From Christensenellales bacterium (lineage in GTDB: Bacteria > Bacillota > Clostridia > Christensenellales > CAG-138), in the NCBI GenBank assembly GCA_040767925.1, contig JAXGNN010000001.1, positions 1,486,888 through 1,550,887 of the forward strand: a DNA stretch of 64,000 bases, in the 5' to 3' direction. Positions 36,342-45,899 of this stretch are shown here, piece by piece; within the stretch, counting starts at the first letter, position 1; each line of letters starts with the position of its first letter. Position numbers and translations under genes: made by a program. The notes under the pieces were generated by a model. That model was not told where the DNA came from and searched no databases. It saw only the letters and a list, made by a program, of their open reading frames with translations.

Positions 36342-36640
36342 GAATGTCCAAACGAATGAGGCTGCTTTTTTCGGTATTCTGCGTCACCGTATTGGTGTTT
36401 TCCATTACCACAACTGCCTTTGCTACCGATGACCCGCTGCAAGTAATCAACAACCTCTCGGAGTTTGTGTTCGGCTTGATCCGCGCCATTGGTATTATCC
36501 TGCTTGCCTTTGGTATCGTACAGGTGGGCCTGAGCTTAAAGAGCCATGACCCGTCGCAGAGGGCGAACGGTTTTCTGACCCTCGCTGGCGGCGTTATCAT
36601 CACCTTTGCCCGTGAGATTTTGAATCTCATCACGGGCTGA
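36338..36640 (+). CDS. Maff2 family small membrane protein
   Basis: Signal peptide/TM plus a second TM. DPLQVINNLSEFVFGLIRAIGIILLAFGIVQ pattern. Confidence 0.7.
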   Translation: MRMSKRMRLLFSVFCVTVLVFSITTTAFATDDPLQVINNLSEFVFGLIRAIGIILLAFGIVQVGLSLKSHDPSQRANGFLTLAGGVIITFAREILNLITG

Positions 36641-36653
36641 TGGGAGGCGCGGT

Positions 36654-36875
36654 ATGTTTACACCTATCACAGAGCCGATGCACATTCACTCTCTGAACGG
36701 GCAGTTACGGGACGCGACCATACTCGACAAGGTTGGCGACAACAAGTATATCGCCGAGTATGAGGGCGTGAAATGCACAGCCATCTACAATCCCTTCGTG
36801 GGGCGTTTCTATGTAGACGACAAGTACGGCATTATCAAGGACAAAACGCCTGCCCGATATGAGCTGTCCCGCTAA
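36654..36875 (+). CDS. Small conjugative-element hypothetical protein (73 aa)
   Basis: Track ORF, in the operon between Maff2 and the VirB6-like gene. Ends ...ARYELSR. Confidence 0.55.
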   Translation: MFTPITEPMHIHSLNGQLRDATILDKVGDNKYIAEYEGVKCTAIYNPFVGRFYVDDKYGIIKDKTPARYELSR

Positions 36876-36938
36876 CCGCTGTCAAAGGCAAGCCCGCTTT
36901 CACGGCGGGCTTGCCTCCCGAAAAAGGAGGTGAACGAC

Positions 36939-37778
36939 TTGGGAACGGGAAACTGGATACTGGACAATTTGTATAGCGCGCTTCAATTCTGGAACGCGAA
37001 GCTCGCTGAAATATGGATGCTGATTACCCAATCGCCCCAGTCCTTTAAGGGCGGGGGCATTTGGGACGTTGTCACAGGAATCAATGGCGCATTGAAAGCC
37101 ATTGGGTACGCGCTGCTTGTGCTTTTTTTCCTTGTGGGCGTCGTGAAAACGTGTGGCTCATTTGCGGAGATAAAGAAACCCGAACACGCGCTGAAGCTGT
37201 TTGTTCGCTTTGCGATAGCAAAGGGCGTTATCTCATACGGTCTTGACCTTATGATGGCGCTGTTCAAAATCGTACAGGGCATTGTAACAACGATTATCGG
37301 CTCGGGCGGGCTGGACGCAGCGCAGGCGGTCACGCTGCCCGACGGTATGATAACGGCGGTTGAAAACTTGACATTTCTTGAAAGCATACCCGCGTGGGCG
37401 GTCAGCCTAATCATGTGCCTTGTGGTGTTCGTGCTTACGCTCGTTATGGTAATGAGCGTGTACGGGCGCTTCTTTCGGCTTTATCTCTATACGGCAATCG
37501 CGCCTGTCCCGCTATCGACATTTGCGGGAGAGCCGTCCTCGCATATCGGCAAGAGCTTTCTGAAATCGTATGCCGCCGTCTGCTTAGAGGGGGCGATAAT
37601 CGTACTCGCGTGCATCATTTTCTCGGTGTTTGCAGCAGCCGAGCCGGTGGTGCCGGAGGGCGCAAACGCCGTGGCAATCGTGTGGGCGTATATGGGCGAG
37701 CTTATCTTTAATCTGCTCGTTTTGACGGGCGCAGTCAAAATGTCGGAGCGCGTTGTACGCGAGATGTTTGGATTGTAA
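36939..37778 (+). CDS. VirB6/TrbL-like polytopic membrane protein
   Basis: Six or so TM segments. I prefer TTG at 36939 (AAGGAGGTG 6 nt upstream) over the track GTG at 36930, which overlaps the SD. Confidence 0.75.
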   Translation: MGTGNWILDNLYSALQFWNAKLAEIWMLITQSPQSFKGGGIWDVVTGINGALKAIGYALLVLFFLVGVVKTCGSFAEIKKPEHALKLFVRFAIAKGVISYGLDLMMALFKIVQGIVTTIIGSGGLDAAQAVTLPDGMITAVENLTFLESIPAWAVSLIMCLVVFVLTLVMVMSVYGRFFRLYLYTAIAPVPLSTFAGEPSSHIGKSFLKSYAAVCLEGAIIVLACIIFSVFAAAEPVVPEGANAVAIVWAYMGELIFNLLVLTGAVKMSERVVREMFGL

Positions 37779-37779
37779 C

Positions 37780-38103
37780 TTACTCCTGCAATCCTAACAT
37801 GAAGCCGAGCGCCTTGCTTCGCTGATCTTTGGTGAGCTTTTTGTATACGGCTACTATTTCAAGCTCGTCAGCAGTGAAGCCTTCTATTGTTAGCTGCGAG
37901 ATCGGCGTTTGTATCTCTGTTCTTTCAAGCAAGTAATCAACCGACGTGCCAAGAAAATCAGCCATTTTACTAATGGTATCAACGCTTGGCTTTGTCTTTC
38001 CTAACTCATACCCACTAATTGTTTCTTGCGCGACACCAACTTCAACGCTCAAACGCAACTGAGTTATGTTTTTCTTTTCTCGAATTAAGCGAAGATGCTC
38101 CAT
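37780..38103 (-). CDS. XRE-family HTH regulator (107 aa)
   Basis: IREKKNITQLRLSVEVGVAQETISGYELGK. The only minus-strand gene inside the transfer operon. Confidence 0.85.
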   Translation of the reverse strand: MEHLRLIREKKNITQLRLSVEVGVAQETISGYELGKTKPSVDTISKMADFLGTSVDYLLERTEIQTPISQLTIEGFTADELEIVAVYKKLTKDQRSKALGFMLGLQE

Positions 38104-38115
38104 ATCAAACCTCCG

Positions 38116-38192
38116 ATAGATGTACTACCTATAAGTCTATGCGTTATGCTTGTTTTTATCAGATGACAGGTTTATACTCATAGATGTATTAC
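38116..38192. promoter_or_regulatory. Divergent promoter region with two ATAGATGTAYTAC direct repeats (putative operators)
   Basis: Copies at 38116-38128 and 38180-38192 (12/13 identical, 64 bp apart), between the XRE gene and the DUF1273 gene. Confidence 0.4.
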
Positions 38193-38218
38193 GCATATTT
38201 CGAGAGGTTTCGCACATT

Positions 38219-38776
38219 ATGGGCAAGAAGAATACTTGTTGCTTTACGGGTCACAGACCGCTGAAGTTCCCGTGGGGGTATGATGAGGAATGGGCGGATT
38301 GCGTCAAACTGAAGCTAAAGCTCGCTTGCGAGATAGAGGCGATGCGACAGAAAGGTGTGACGACCTTTATTTCCGGCATGGCGATTGGCGTGGATATGTG
38401 GGCTGCGGAGATCGTACTTGACTTGAAACGCGCCTATCCGCAGGATACGATAGAGCTCATCGCCGCTATTCCATTCGAGGGACAGGCAAACAAATGGAGC
38501 GTCGAGTATCGGGAGCGATACTTTGATATACTGGCGAAAGCCGATCAAGAGTTCATTTTTCAAGAGCATTACACCAAAAGCTGTATGCACGAAAGAAACC
38601 GCTTCATGGTAGACAACTCAGCCTATATGATAGCCGTGTTCAACGGCGAAAAGGGCGGCACGGCGAACACACTACACTACGCAGAATCAAAGGGCTTGAA
38701 TATTGTCATCATCAATCCCCACGACCTCTCGCGTGATGAAAAGCCGCTCTATCGCGGGCTGAAGCTGCTGAAATAG
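38219..38776 (+). CDS. DUF1273 (SLOG superfamily, YoqJ-like) protein
   Basis: MGKKNTCCFTGHRP...FISGMAIGVDMWAAE...GGTANTL. Internal ATG of track ORF 38150-38776. Confidence 0.75.
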   Translation: MGKKNTCCFTGHRPLKFPWGYDEEWADCVKLKLKLACEIEAMRQKGVTTFISGMAIGVDMWAAEIVLDLKRAYPQDTIELIAAIPFEGQANKWSVEYRERYFDILAKADQEFIFQEHYTKSCMHERNRFMVDNSAYMIAVFNGEKGGTANTLHYAESKGLNIVIINPHDLSRDEKPLYRGLKLLK

Positions 38777-38840
38777 CGAACAACAAAAAACACAAGGCTT
38801 CCGAGCAATCGGGAGCTTTTTTGATTGGAGGGAAAACGAA

Positions 38841-39257
38841 TTGGAAGTGAAAATCAACCGTGAGATACGGGACTATCAAGAAAGCATATTCTTCGGGCTG
38901 AACTTGCGTCAGCTCGTTTTTTCTATCCTCGCCATCGGCGTCGCCGTTGGCATCTACTTTGGACTGAACAACATTCTCGGCACAGAAACCGTGTCGTGGA
39001 TGTGTATTCTCGGCGCTGCTCCGTTCGCCGCATTGGGCTTTATCCGCTACAACGGAATGAACGCGGAGGAGTTTATCGGCGCATATATCAAGTCCGAGTG
39101 GCTCATGCCGAAGCACCTGTGCTTTGAGGGCGAGAACGTGTATTGCCTTGCGCTTGGCGAAGCGATTGAGAACAGGCGACCCGATATGCAGGACAGCCGC
39201 TATCAGAACAAACCGAGAAAGAAGAAAAAGAGAAACGGAGGCAGACGCGATGATTAA
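38841..39257 (+). CDS. PrgI/VirB3-like T4SS membrane protein
   Basis: TTG start after GGAGGG. IFFGLNLRQLVFSILAIGVAVGIYF pattern, two TM segments. Confidence 0.75.
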   Translation: MEVKINREIRDYQESIFFGLNLRQLVFSILAIGVAVGIYFGLNNILGTETVSWMCILGAAPFAALGFIRYNGMNAEEFIGAYIKSEWLMPKHLCFEGENVYCLALGEAIENRRPDMQDSRYQNKPRKKKKRNGGRRDD

Positions 39258-41598
39258 AGCACTCTCCCGCATATTGAAGCAGGACAAGGAGCGCATGAAT
39301 ATCCCCAAGTCCGTGCAGCAGGTCATTCCTGTCAAGCGGGTATGGCTCGACGGCATTTGGCTTGTCGGAAACAAGTACAGCAAGTGCTGGCGCTTCACCG
39401 ACATCAACTATGCGATAGCTTCAAAGGACGACAAGACATCTATGTTCCTTGACTATTCGGAGCTTCTCAATGCGCTCGACAGCAACGCTACGACCAAGAT
39501 TACGATCTGCAACAAGCAGATGAACAAGCAGGCGTTTGAGGAATCCATACTGCTGCCCTTGCAGGGCGATCATTACGACGGGTATCGCAAGGAATACAAC
39601 GATATGCTCATGGACAAGGTGACGGACGTATCAAACTCCATCGTACAGGAACGCTACATCACCGTTTCCGTCGCGGTGAAAGACATTGACGAAGCGCGCA
39701 ACTACTTTAACCGCGTGGGCGCAGACCTTTCCTCACACCTTTCGCAGCTTTCGTCCTCCTGTGAGGAATTGGACAGCGTAGAGCGTTTCCGCATCTTCCA
39801 CGACTTCTTCCGTGCGGGGGAGGAAGTCAGCTTCAGCATGGATTTGAAGCAGATGATAAGGCAAGGGCGTTCCTTCCGCGACTATATCTGCCCCGACACC
39901 TTTGAGTTCAGCAAAGACTGTTTCAAGATGGGCAAGACCTACGGGCGCGTGCTGTTCCTCAAAGATTACGCCTCATATATCAAGGACAGCCTTGTTGCCG
40001 AGCTTTGCGAGCTTAATCGCAATCTGTTCTTCTCCACCGATGTTATCCCAATCCCCACGGACGAAGCGGTGCGCGAGGTGGAAAACAAGCTGCTCGGCGT
40101 GGAAACGAACATCACCAACTGGCAGCGAAAGCAGAATCAGAACAACAACTTCTCCGCTGTTATCCCATACGACTTGGAACAGCAGCGCAAGGAAGCCAAG
40201 GAGTTTCTCGACGACCTTACGACCCGCGACCAGCGCATGATGTTCGGGCTTGTGACTATCGTCCATACAGCAAAAAGCAAGAAGCAGCTTGACCGCGACA
40301 CCGAAACGCTCCAGAGCATCGCGCGAAAGCACCTGTGTCAGCTTAGCGTCTTGAAGTTTCAGCAGATGGACGGGCTGAACACGGCGCTGCCCTACGGGTT
40401 GCGAAAAATCAACGCGCTTCGGACGCTGACTACCGAGAGCATGGCGGTACTCATGCCGTTCCGCGCCCATGAAATCATGGATATTGGCGGGACGTACTGC
40501 GGTATGAACGCCATCAGCCACAACCTTATCATTGCCAACAGGAAAAACCTCATCAACGGCAACGGTTTTATACTCGGCGTATCCGGCTCGGGCAAATCCT
40601 TCTTCACAAAGCGGGAGATCGTGTCGCTGTTCCTCGGGACAAACGATGAAATCATCATCGCAGACCCGCAGAACGAGTACACGCCGCTTGTGAACGCATT
40701 GGGCGGCGCGGCCATCAACCTCTCTCCGACCTCGCCCAATCATATCAACGCTATGGACTTGGCGCTCGGCTACGGCGACAGCGAAAATCCGCTTATCGCA
40801 AAGAGCGAGTTTGTGCTTTCGTTCATCGAGCAGATCATGGGCGGCGCGAATAAGCTCGAAGCGGTTGACAAGTCTATCATTGACCGCTGCCTTACCAATA
40901 TCTACGCGGAATACCTTTCGAGCAACTATACCATTCAGCCCCCGACGCTCTCCGACCTGTACGCAGAGCTAAAGAAACAGAAAGAGAAGCAGGCAAAGGA
41001 GCTTGCGCTTGCCATTGAGATGATTTCACAGGGTAACCTCAATATGTTCGCCCATCAGACCAATGTAGACGTGCATAACAGGCTCATCGCCTACGGCATA
41101 CGCGACCTCGGCAAGCAGCTTCGGACGCCGGGTATGCTCGTTATGACCGACGCCATTCGTAACCGCGTAGCGCGAAACCGTGAGCGCGGCATCCGTACCC
41201 ACGTTATCCTTGACGAGATGCACATCTTCTTTGCCAACGACCTATCGGCGCAGTTCTTCGCGGAATCGTGGAAACAGTTTCGTAAGGACGGCGCGCTTGC
41301 GACGGGTATCACGCAGAACGTGGAGGATTGCTTAAAATCCCTCACCGCCCGCACCATGCTTGCAAACTCCGAGTATCTTGTCATGCTCAACCAAGCTCCG
41401 ACAGACCGCATCGAGCTTGCCAAGCTCCTGCACATTTCCGACAATCAGCTTTCGTATATCACCAATGTCGGCTTCGGCAAAGGGCTTTTGAAATGCGGAA
41501 ACTCCATCGTGCCTTTCGTTGACAATTTTCCCAAGAATACAAGGCTATATCAGCTTATGTCAACCAAGCCCGGGGAGATACAGGAAATCCTCGGCTGA
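39250..41598 (+). CDS. virB4: VirB4-family T4SS ATPase
   Basis: ATG at 39250 overlaps the PrgI stop (ATGATTAA). Walker A GVSGSGKS. Walker B-like VILDEMH. Confidence 0.9.
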   Translation: MIKALSRILKQDKERMNIPKSVQQVIPVKRVWLDGIWLVGNKYSKCWRFTDINYAIASKDDKTSMFLDYSELLNALDSNATTKITICNKQMNKQAFEESILLPLQGDHYDGYRKEYNDMLMDKVTDVSNSIVQERYITVSVAVKDIDEARNYFNRVGADLSSHLSQLSSSCEELDSVERFRIFHDFFRAGEEVSFSMDLKQMIRQGRSFRDYICPDTFEFSKDCFKMGKTYGRVLFLKDYASYIKDSLVAELCELNRNLFFSTDVIPIPTDEAVREVENKLLGVETNITNWQRKQNQNNNFSAVIPYDLEQQRKEAKEFLDDLTTRDQRMMFGLVTIVHTAKSKKQLDRDTETLQSIARKHLCQLSVLKFQQMDGLNTALPYGLRKINALRTLTTESMAVLMPFRAHEIMDIGGTYCGMNAISHNLIIANRKNLINGNGFILGVSGSGKSFFTKREIVSLFLGTNDEIIIADPQNEYTPLVNALGGAAINLSPTSPNHINAMDLALGYGDSENPLIAKSEFVLSFIEQIMGGANKLEAVDKSIIDRCLTNIYAEYLSSNYTIQPPTLSDLYAELKKQKEKQAKELALAIEMISQGNLNMFAHQTNVDVHNRLIAYGIRDLGKQLRTPGMLVMTDAIRNRVARNRERGIRTHVILDEMHIFFANDLSAQFFAESWKQFRKDGALATGITQNVEDCLKSLTARTMLANSEYLVMLNQAPTDRIELAKLLHISDNQLSYITNVGFGKGLLKCGNSIVPFVDNFPKNTRLYQLMSTKPGEIQEILG

Positions 41599-41640
41599 AT
41601 ATCGGGCAATCGCTTCGGCGGTTGCCTTTTACATATCCCG

Positions 41641-43599
41641 ATGAAAGGAGAGGTGAAATTGAAAGATGTAAAAACAAGATCGTCAACAAAGACGCCGCGC
41701 ATATTGACGGAAACGGCAAGAGCGCCAAAGGAGCTTGCGCGTAAATCCATCATTGAATCCAAGGAAAAGGCAAAAGAGGTAGCCGAACGTCAGCAGCCGC
41801 AGGATGAATCGCCGGAGCAGTACGCTGAAAACCGCGTAGAGCAAACAGCCGAGGAAACCGTACACCGTGCAGGCGACGAGGTTTCCTATCAAGGCAGACA
41901 AATCGTTCAAAAGGCAAAGGACGCAAAGCGGAGCAGGGACAGCTTTGAGCAGCAAAGCAATCCCGCCTCGCGTTCCACAGCGGACGGAGGCGCGGCGCAG
42001 CCGAGCAACCCCGCCGCTTCAAGGGGCAACGCCGCCAATCAGACCAATGCCTACCGTGCGGGGCGGGAGCGCGTCATTCGCAACACGCAGACCGCACGGA
42101 ACACACGCTACACCGCAAGGTCGGCACAGCAGACGGCGCAGAGCGCGGAACGCACAGCGGCAGCTACAAAGAACGCTGTAAAGACCTCGGCGCGCACCGC
42201 CGTAAAGACCTCGCAGCAGAGCGTCAAGGTAACAAAGCATACCGTGAAAACGGCTGAGAAAGCCGCAGTCAAGACCGCTGAGGTGAGCGCAAAGCTCTCA
42301 CAAAAGGCAGCGCTGGCGGCGGCGAAAGCGGCACAGATGGCGGCAAAGGCAGCACAGGCCGCAGCAAAAGCGGCGGCGGCAGCGGCAAAGGCGGCGGCGA
42401 AAGCCATAGCTGCCATCATCAAGTGGATCGTCGCAGCGGTCAAGGCTTTGATAGCTGCTATCGCGGCGGGGGGCTGGGTGGCAGTTGTTATTATCGTTGT
42501 CGCGGCGTTGATTGCCGTGGTGCTGTGCCTGTGCTTCGGTGTGTTTTCCTCCAACGAGAGCGCGGACGGAACGCCCATGACGGACGCTATCGTTTCTATT
42601 GACGATGAGTTTACCGCTTCCATACAGGCACGGATTGACGAACTGACCGCAAGCGCCGACGCCGATGTGGTGGAAATCCTGTTTACGGGGGATATGGAGG
42701 ACGAGAATAGCTCCGTATCAAATTGGGTGGACGTGCTTGGCGTGTACTCGGTCTATGCTACCACGGGCGAAGATGCAGCGGAGGTCATATCGGTCACGCC
42801 CGAGAACATAGAGAAGCTCCGAACGGTTTTCTATGACATGAACAGCTTTTCAGTCACCACAGAAACCGAAACCGTTGAAGAAGTTGAGGTTGATGAGTAC
42901 GGCGCAATCGTGCTTGACGAGGATGGAGAACCGATAGTAAAAACCACCACGACCCTTTATATCAACATCGAGGTCACAAGCCTTGACTACCGCGACGGCG
43001 CGGACATATACGGCTTTGACGAGAGCCAAATGGAGATGCTCAAGGAAATCATGCGCCCCGACTATTACCCCCTGTTTGCCGAGCTTTGCGGGCAAACGCT
43101 TGGCGACGGCGGCGAATACGGGCTTGGTCTTGACATCAATCCCGACCTCCCGCCGAATGAACTCGGCGCGCAGATCGTACAGGCTGCAAAGCGTTATATC
43201 GGGCGCAGCTATTCGAGCATGGATTGCTCCGGCTTGGTGCGCGCAGCATACCGTGATTGCGGGCTGTCCTCCATGAACGGTCTGAACTCCGCTTCGATGG
43301 CGAAGAAGTGCCAAGAGATGGGCGTACTGTTCACCGACCCGTCGCAGTTACAATCGGGCGACATCATCTTCTTTGCCCGCAAGGACGCAAGGCGCGGCGA
43401 GGGCTACTGCACAGACCACAGACGATGCGGCAACGGACGCTGTAAGAGATGGATGCAGATTCACCACGTCGCCATCTACATCAACGGTGAGTTCCTTATC
43501 GACAGCACAGGCGGCAACAACTCTGTTCAGATCAGAAAGCATTGGGGCAAAAACGGCTCTGAGTGGCAATGGATTTGCTTTGGTCGCCCCACAAACTAA
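41641..43599 (+). CDS. T4SS-associated cell-wall hydrolase: Ala/Lys-rich region, TM segment, C-terminal NlpC/P60 domain
   Basis: GRSYSSMDCSGLVRAAY...GDIIFFA...HVAIYINGE (Cys-His NlpC/P60). The start is ambiguous (ATG 41641, GTG 41653, TTG 41659, all after or within AAAGGAGAGGTG). Confidence 0.85.
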   Translation: MKGEVKLKDVKTRSSTKTPRILTETARAPKELARKSIIESKEKAKEVAERQQPQDESPEQYAENRVEQTAEETVHRAGDEVSYQGRQIVQKAKDAKRSRDSFEQQSNPASRSTADGGAAQPSNPAASRGNAANQTNAYRAGRERVIRNTQTARNTRYTARSAQQTAQSAERTAAATKNAVKTSARTAVKTSQQSVKVTKHTVKTAEKAAVKTAEVSAKLSQKAALAAAKAAQMAAKAAQAAAKAAAAAAKAAAKAIAAIIKWIVAAVKALIAAIAAGGWVAVVIIVVAALIAVVLCLCFGVFSSNESADGTPMTDAIVSIDDEFTASIQARIDELTASADADVVEILFTGDMEDENSSVSNWVDVLGVYSVYATTGEDAAEVISVTPENIEKLRTVFYDMNSFSVTTETETVEEVEVDEYGAIVLDEDGEPIVKTTTTLYINIEVTSLDYRDGADIYGFDESQMEMLKEIMRPDYYPLFAELCGQTLGDGGEYGLGLDINPDLPPNELGAQIVQAAKRYIGRSYSSMDCSGLVRAAYRDCGLSSMNGLNSASMAKKCQEMGVLFTDPSQLQSGDIIFFARKDARRGEGYCTDHRRCGNGRCKRWMQIHHVAIYINGEFLIDSTGGNNSVQIRKHWGKNGSEWQWICFGRPTN

Positions 43600-43619
43600 A
43601 ACAGAAAGAGAGAAAGACT

Positions 43620-44288
43620 ATGAAACACTTTTCCCCTTTACAGAAAGCGGCGCTTGCCGTTCTTACGGTCATCGTTGTTGCACTCGCTATCGTTGCGTTT
43701 GCTACGGGCAAAAACCTCGCAATCGACCCCGTAGATATTGCTACGCCGACCTCCACGCCGGAGGTGTTCAAGATAGAGCTTGCGGGTACGCCAACGCCCT
43801 CGCCCGTGCCTGTCCCCATGCCAACGGCAACGCCGACAGCTTCTCCCTCGGCAAGTCCATCCGCAAGCGCAAAGCCTTCAAGCGGCAAACAGACCGATAC
43901 CTTTTGTACGCTCACCATCGGCGGAAAGGACATTCCCGTGCGCTATGGTGTAGATGAAAAGACGCTTGAAAAGTCCCCGGGCTACCTCCCATCCTCGGCT
44001 CTGCCGGGGGCGGAGGGTACTTGCGCCATCTACGGACACCGCAACCGCAATCATTTCAAGGTGCTGAAAGACGCGGAAATTGGCGACAGCATCAAGGTGA
44101 CAATGGCTGACGGAGCAGTCTATACCTACGCCATTACCGACATCACCATCTTTGAAAGCACCTCAGACTGGACGCTGCCCGCAACGGAGGGCAAAACGCT
44201 TGTGCTTGTAACGTGCTACCCGTTTCAGTACAGCGGTCATGCGCCCGGGAAGTGTGTGGTGACATCCCAGTATAGAGAAAGACCATAA
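43620..44288 (+). CDS. Sortase family transpeptidase
   Basis: N-terminal TM segment, Pro/Thr/Ser linker, YGHRNRNHF, TLVLVTCYP (TLxTC). Confidence 0.8.
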   Translation: MKHFSPLQKAALAVLTVIVVALAIVAFATGKNLAIDPVDIATPTSTPEVFKIELAGTPTPSPVPVPMPTATPTASPSASPSASAKPSSGKQTDTFCTLTIGGKDIPVRYGVDEKTLEKSPGYLPSSALPGAEGTCAIYGHRNRNHFKVLKDAEIGDSIKVTMADGAVYTYAITDITIFESTSDWTLPATEGKTLVLVTCYPFQYSGHAPGKCVVTSQYRERP

Positions 44289-44402
44289 GCTGTTGGTACT
44301 TCTTAAACATTAGCGTGAACGGACTTAACAAAGTAAAAATCTTGGCAGCTGTCTATGGATAGCAGCCTTTTACATATATACAATACTTCTACTAAGGACT
44401 GG

Positions 44403-45529
44403 TCAAGAATTACGCTGATGAAGGGTGATAAGGTTGTCGAGGTTGGTCAAGCATTCGCCAATCTTCTTCTGTTCATCTATATGTGGTAGCGGGATTGGCA
44501 TTTGAAAGAACAAATCGTCTTTGATAGAAAACCTGTCAGACCTTGCGCCGGAATCTCCGTTAAAGTTCATATAAGCGTGCCAATAGCGACTTTTGAAAAA
44601 ATGCTCAAGGAAGGTATTATCCACTTCGTGGGGTCTGAAAACCGTATAAAGTGGCGACATTACACCGTTTCTTCCTAATTTGTTTCGGTTTATCGGGCCA
44701 ACCGGAGCAGTGACAGAAATACGAGGGTTGTAAACAAAGTCCTCGCTTCGCACAATGTAGTACCCACCCAAACTTCCAATTTTCGAAATTGAGTGGTCAA
44801 AAAAGTCTTTCTGACTGATGATGCCAAACTCAGCCGAGTTTGTGAATGTTTCTATATATTGTAGTCCTGCGTTTTTCTCCGTAACCTTATCAGATATTTC
44901 CCCCAGCTTACGCTGTTCCCAAGGATGAGGGTGCTGGAATAACAGGGTGATTGGCTTGCGGAAGTATACATATCAGCGTTACGCTGATGAAGGGTGATAA
45001 GACGGTCAAGGTCGACGAAAAGCTGTCCGATTTGTGACTGCTCCCGCGAAGAAGCCGGATAACATACGGTCGTTTTGGCAAGGTTCGTCCGGCTGATTGA
45101 GAGAACTTTGATACCTTGCATGAGCGGTAATAGTTGTCGATGATACGAGGGTGAGTTCATGAAATAACCCAGATAATACTGCTGCATTTTCACCTTCGGT
45201 CTGCAAGCAATTGTATGCAAGCCCGACACCACAGGAATGCCTGCAATCCCTGCTATTTCAGTAGCTTTACCCACAGTTTCATCTTCGGCAGCGTCGGCAA
45301 TCAACACGTCACCGTCTTGGAGAAAAAGGCTCCGATAATCGGAAACTTCGGCTCCTGTAATGAATGGAATCATGTCAGTTTCGCAATCAGTTACAGCACC
45401 ATACTTGATGAGAATGTCGCCGTAGTGCACGCTCTTTATCTTGCCATCGTCGTAATTTAAATCCGCTCTCGTCAGGGTATTGTTTGGTATCGGGTCAAAT
45501 ACCATATTAAACTTACGCTGTTCCCAAGC
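44403..45529 (-). pseudogene. hsdS: Two promoterless/startless hsdS target-recognition-domain cassettes (silent hsdS'), inverted relative to hsdS
   Basis: - strand order is WEQRK-TRD(A)-LITLHQR, then out of frame WEQRK-TRD(B)-LITLHQRNS*. A TAA lies 3 codons before the first WEQRK. Repeats occupy 45512-45529, 44979-45001, 44907-44923 and 44410-44432. Confidence 0.8.
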
Positions 45530-45611
45530 ATTGTTTTACTGCGTTTATTTCAACTACTTTCGGCATACTTGAAAAACAGTAATTAACTCTGAAATACCGC
45601 AAATAATTGTG

Positions 45612-45645
45612 GATAATCATTATACCCCATGATATAATGATTATC
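45612..45645. promoter_or_regulatory. Perfect 13-bp inverted repeat operator containing TATAAT, upstream of the HTH gene
   Basis: GATAATCATTATA ccccatga TATAATGATTATC. Confidence 0.55.
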
Positions 45646-45686
45646 GGTATTTACTTACGATTAAAACAAGAGAAAGGATGAAGAAC

Positions 45687-45899
45687 ATGGCTGTCAGTTA
45701 TAAGAAGCTATGGCATATCCTGTTGGATCGTGATATGAAAAAGAAAGACTTGCAGCAGATGGCTAATCTAACAAGTTATGCGATGAGTAAGTTAAGTCGT
45801 GACGAAAACGTCACGACAGAAATACTTGGTAAGATTTGTTTGGCGCTCAACTGTACAACCGATGAAATAATGGAGTTTTTCCCAGATGACCATCAATAA
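45687..45899 (+). CDS. Small XRE/Cro-type HTH protein (putative controller of the R-M locus)
   Basis: MAVSYKKLWHILLDRDMKKKDLQQMANLTSYAMSKLSRDENV. The second ATG is preferred (SD spacing 9 nt). The track start is 45678. Confidence 0.75.
   Translation: MAVSYKKLWHILLDRDMKKKDLQQMANLTSYAMSKLSRDENVTTEILGKICLALNCTTDEIMEFFPDDHQ

Noticed and set aside
15884-36875. Dismissing the ...E-x-E-R C-terminal tails as a pure by-product of downstream Shine-Dalgarno sequences
   Set aside because: This is only partly true. SD overlap explains the giant ORF, the Toprim ORF and ORF 34287. It does not explain ParB (GAA CGG TAA with no start nearby), ORF 20657 (its SD lies after the stop) or ORF 36654. The observation is therefore retained with this caveat.
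38712-39407. 231-aa minus-strand ORF across the PrgI/VirB4 junction, and the 31535-32335 alternative frame in the relaxase
   Set aside because: These are shadow ORFs of well-supported plus-strand T4SS and relaxase genes. They have biased composition and no SD.
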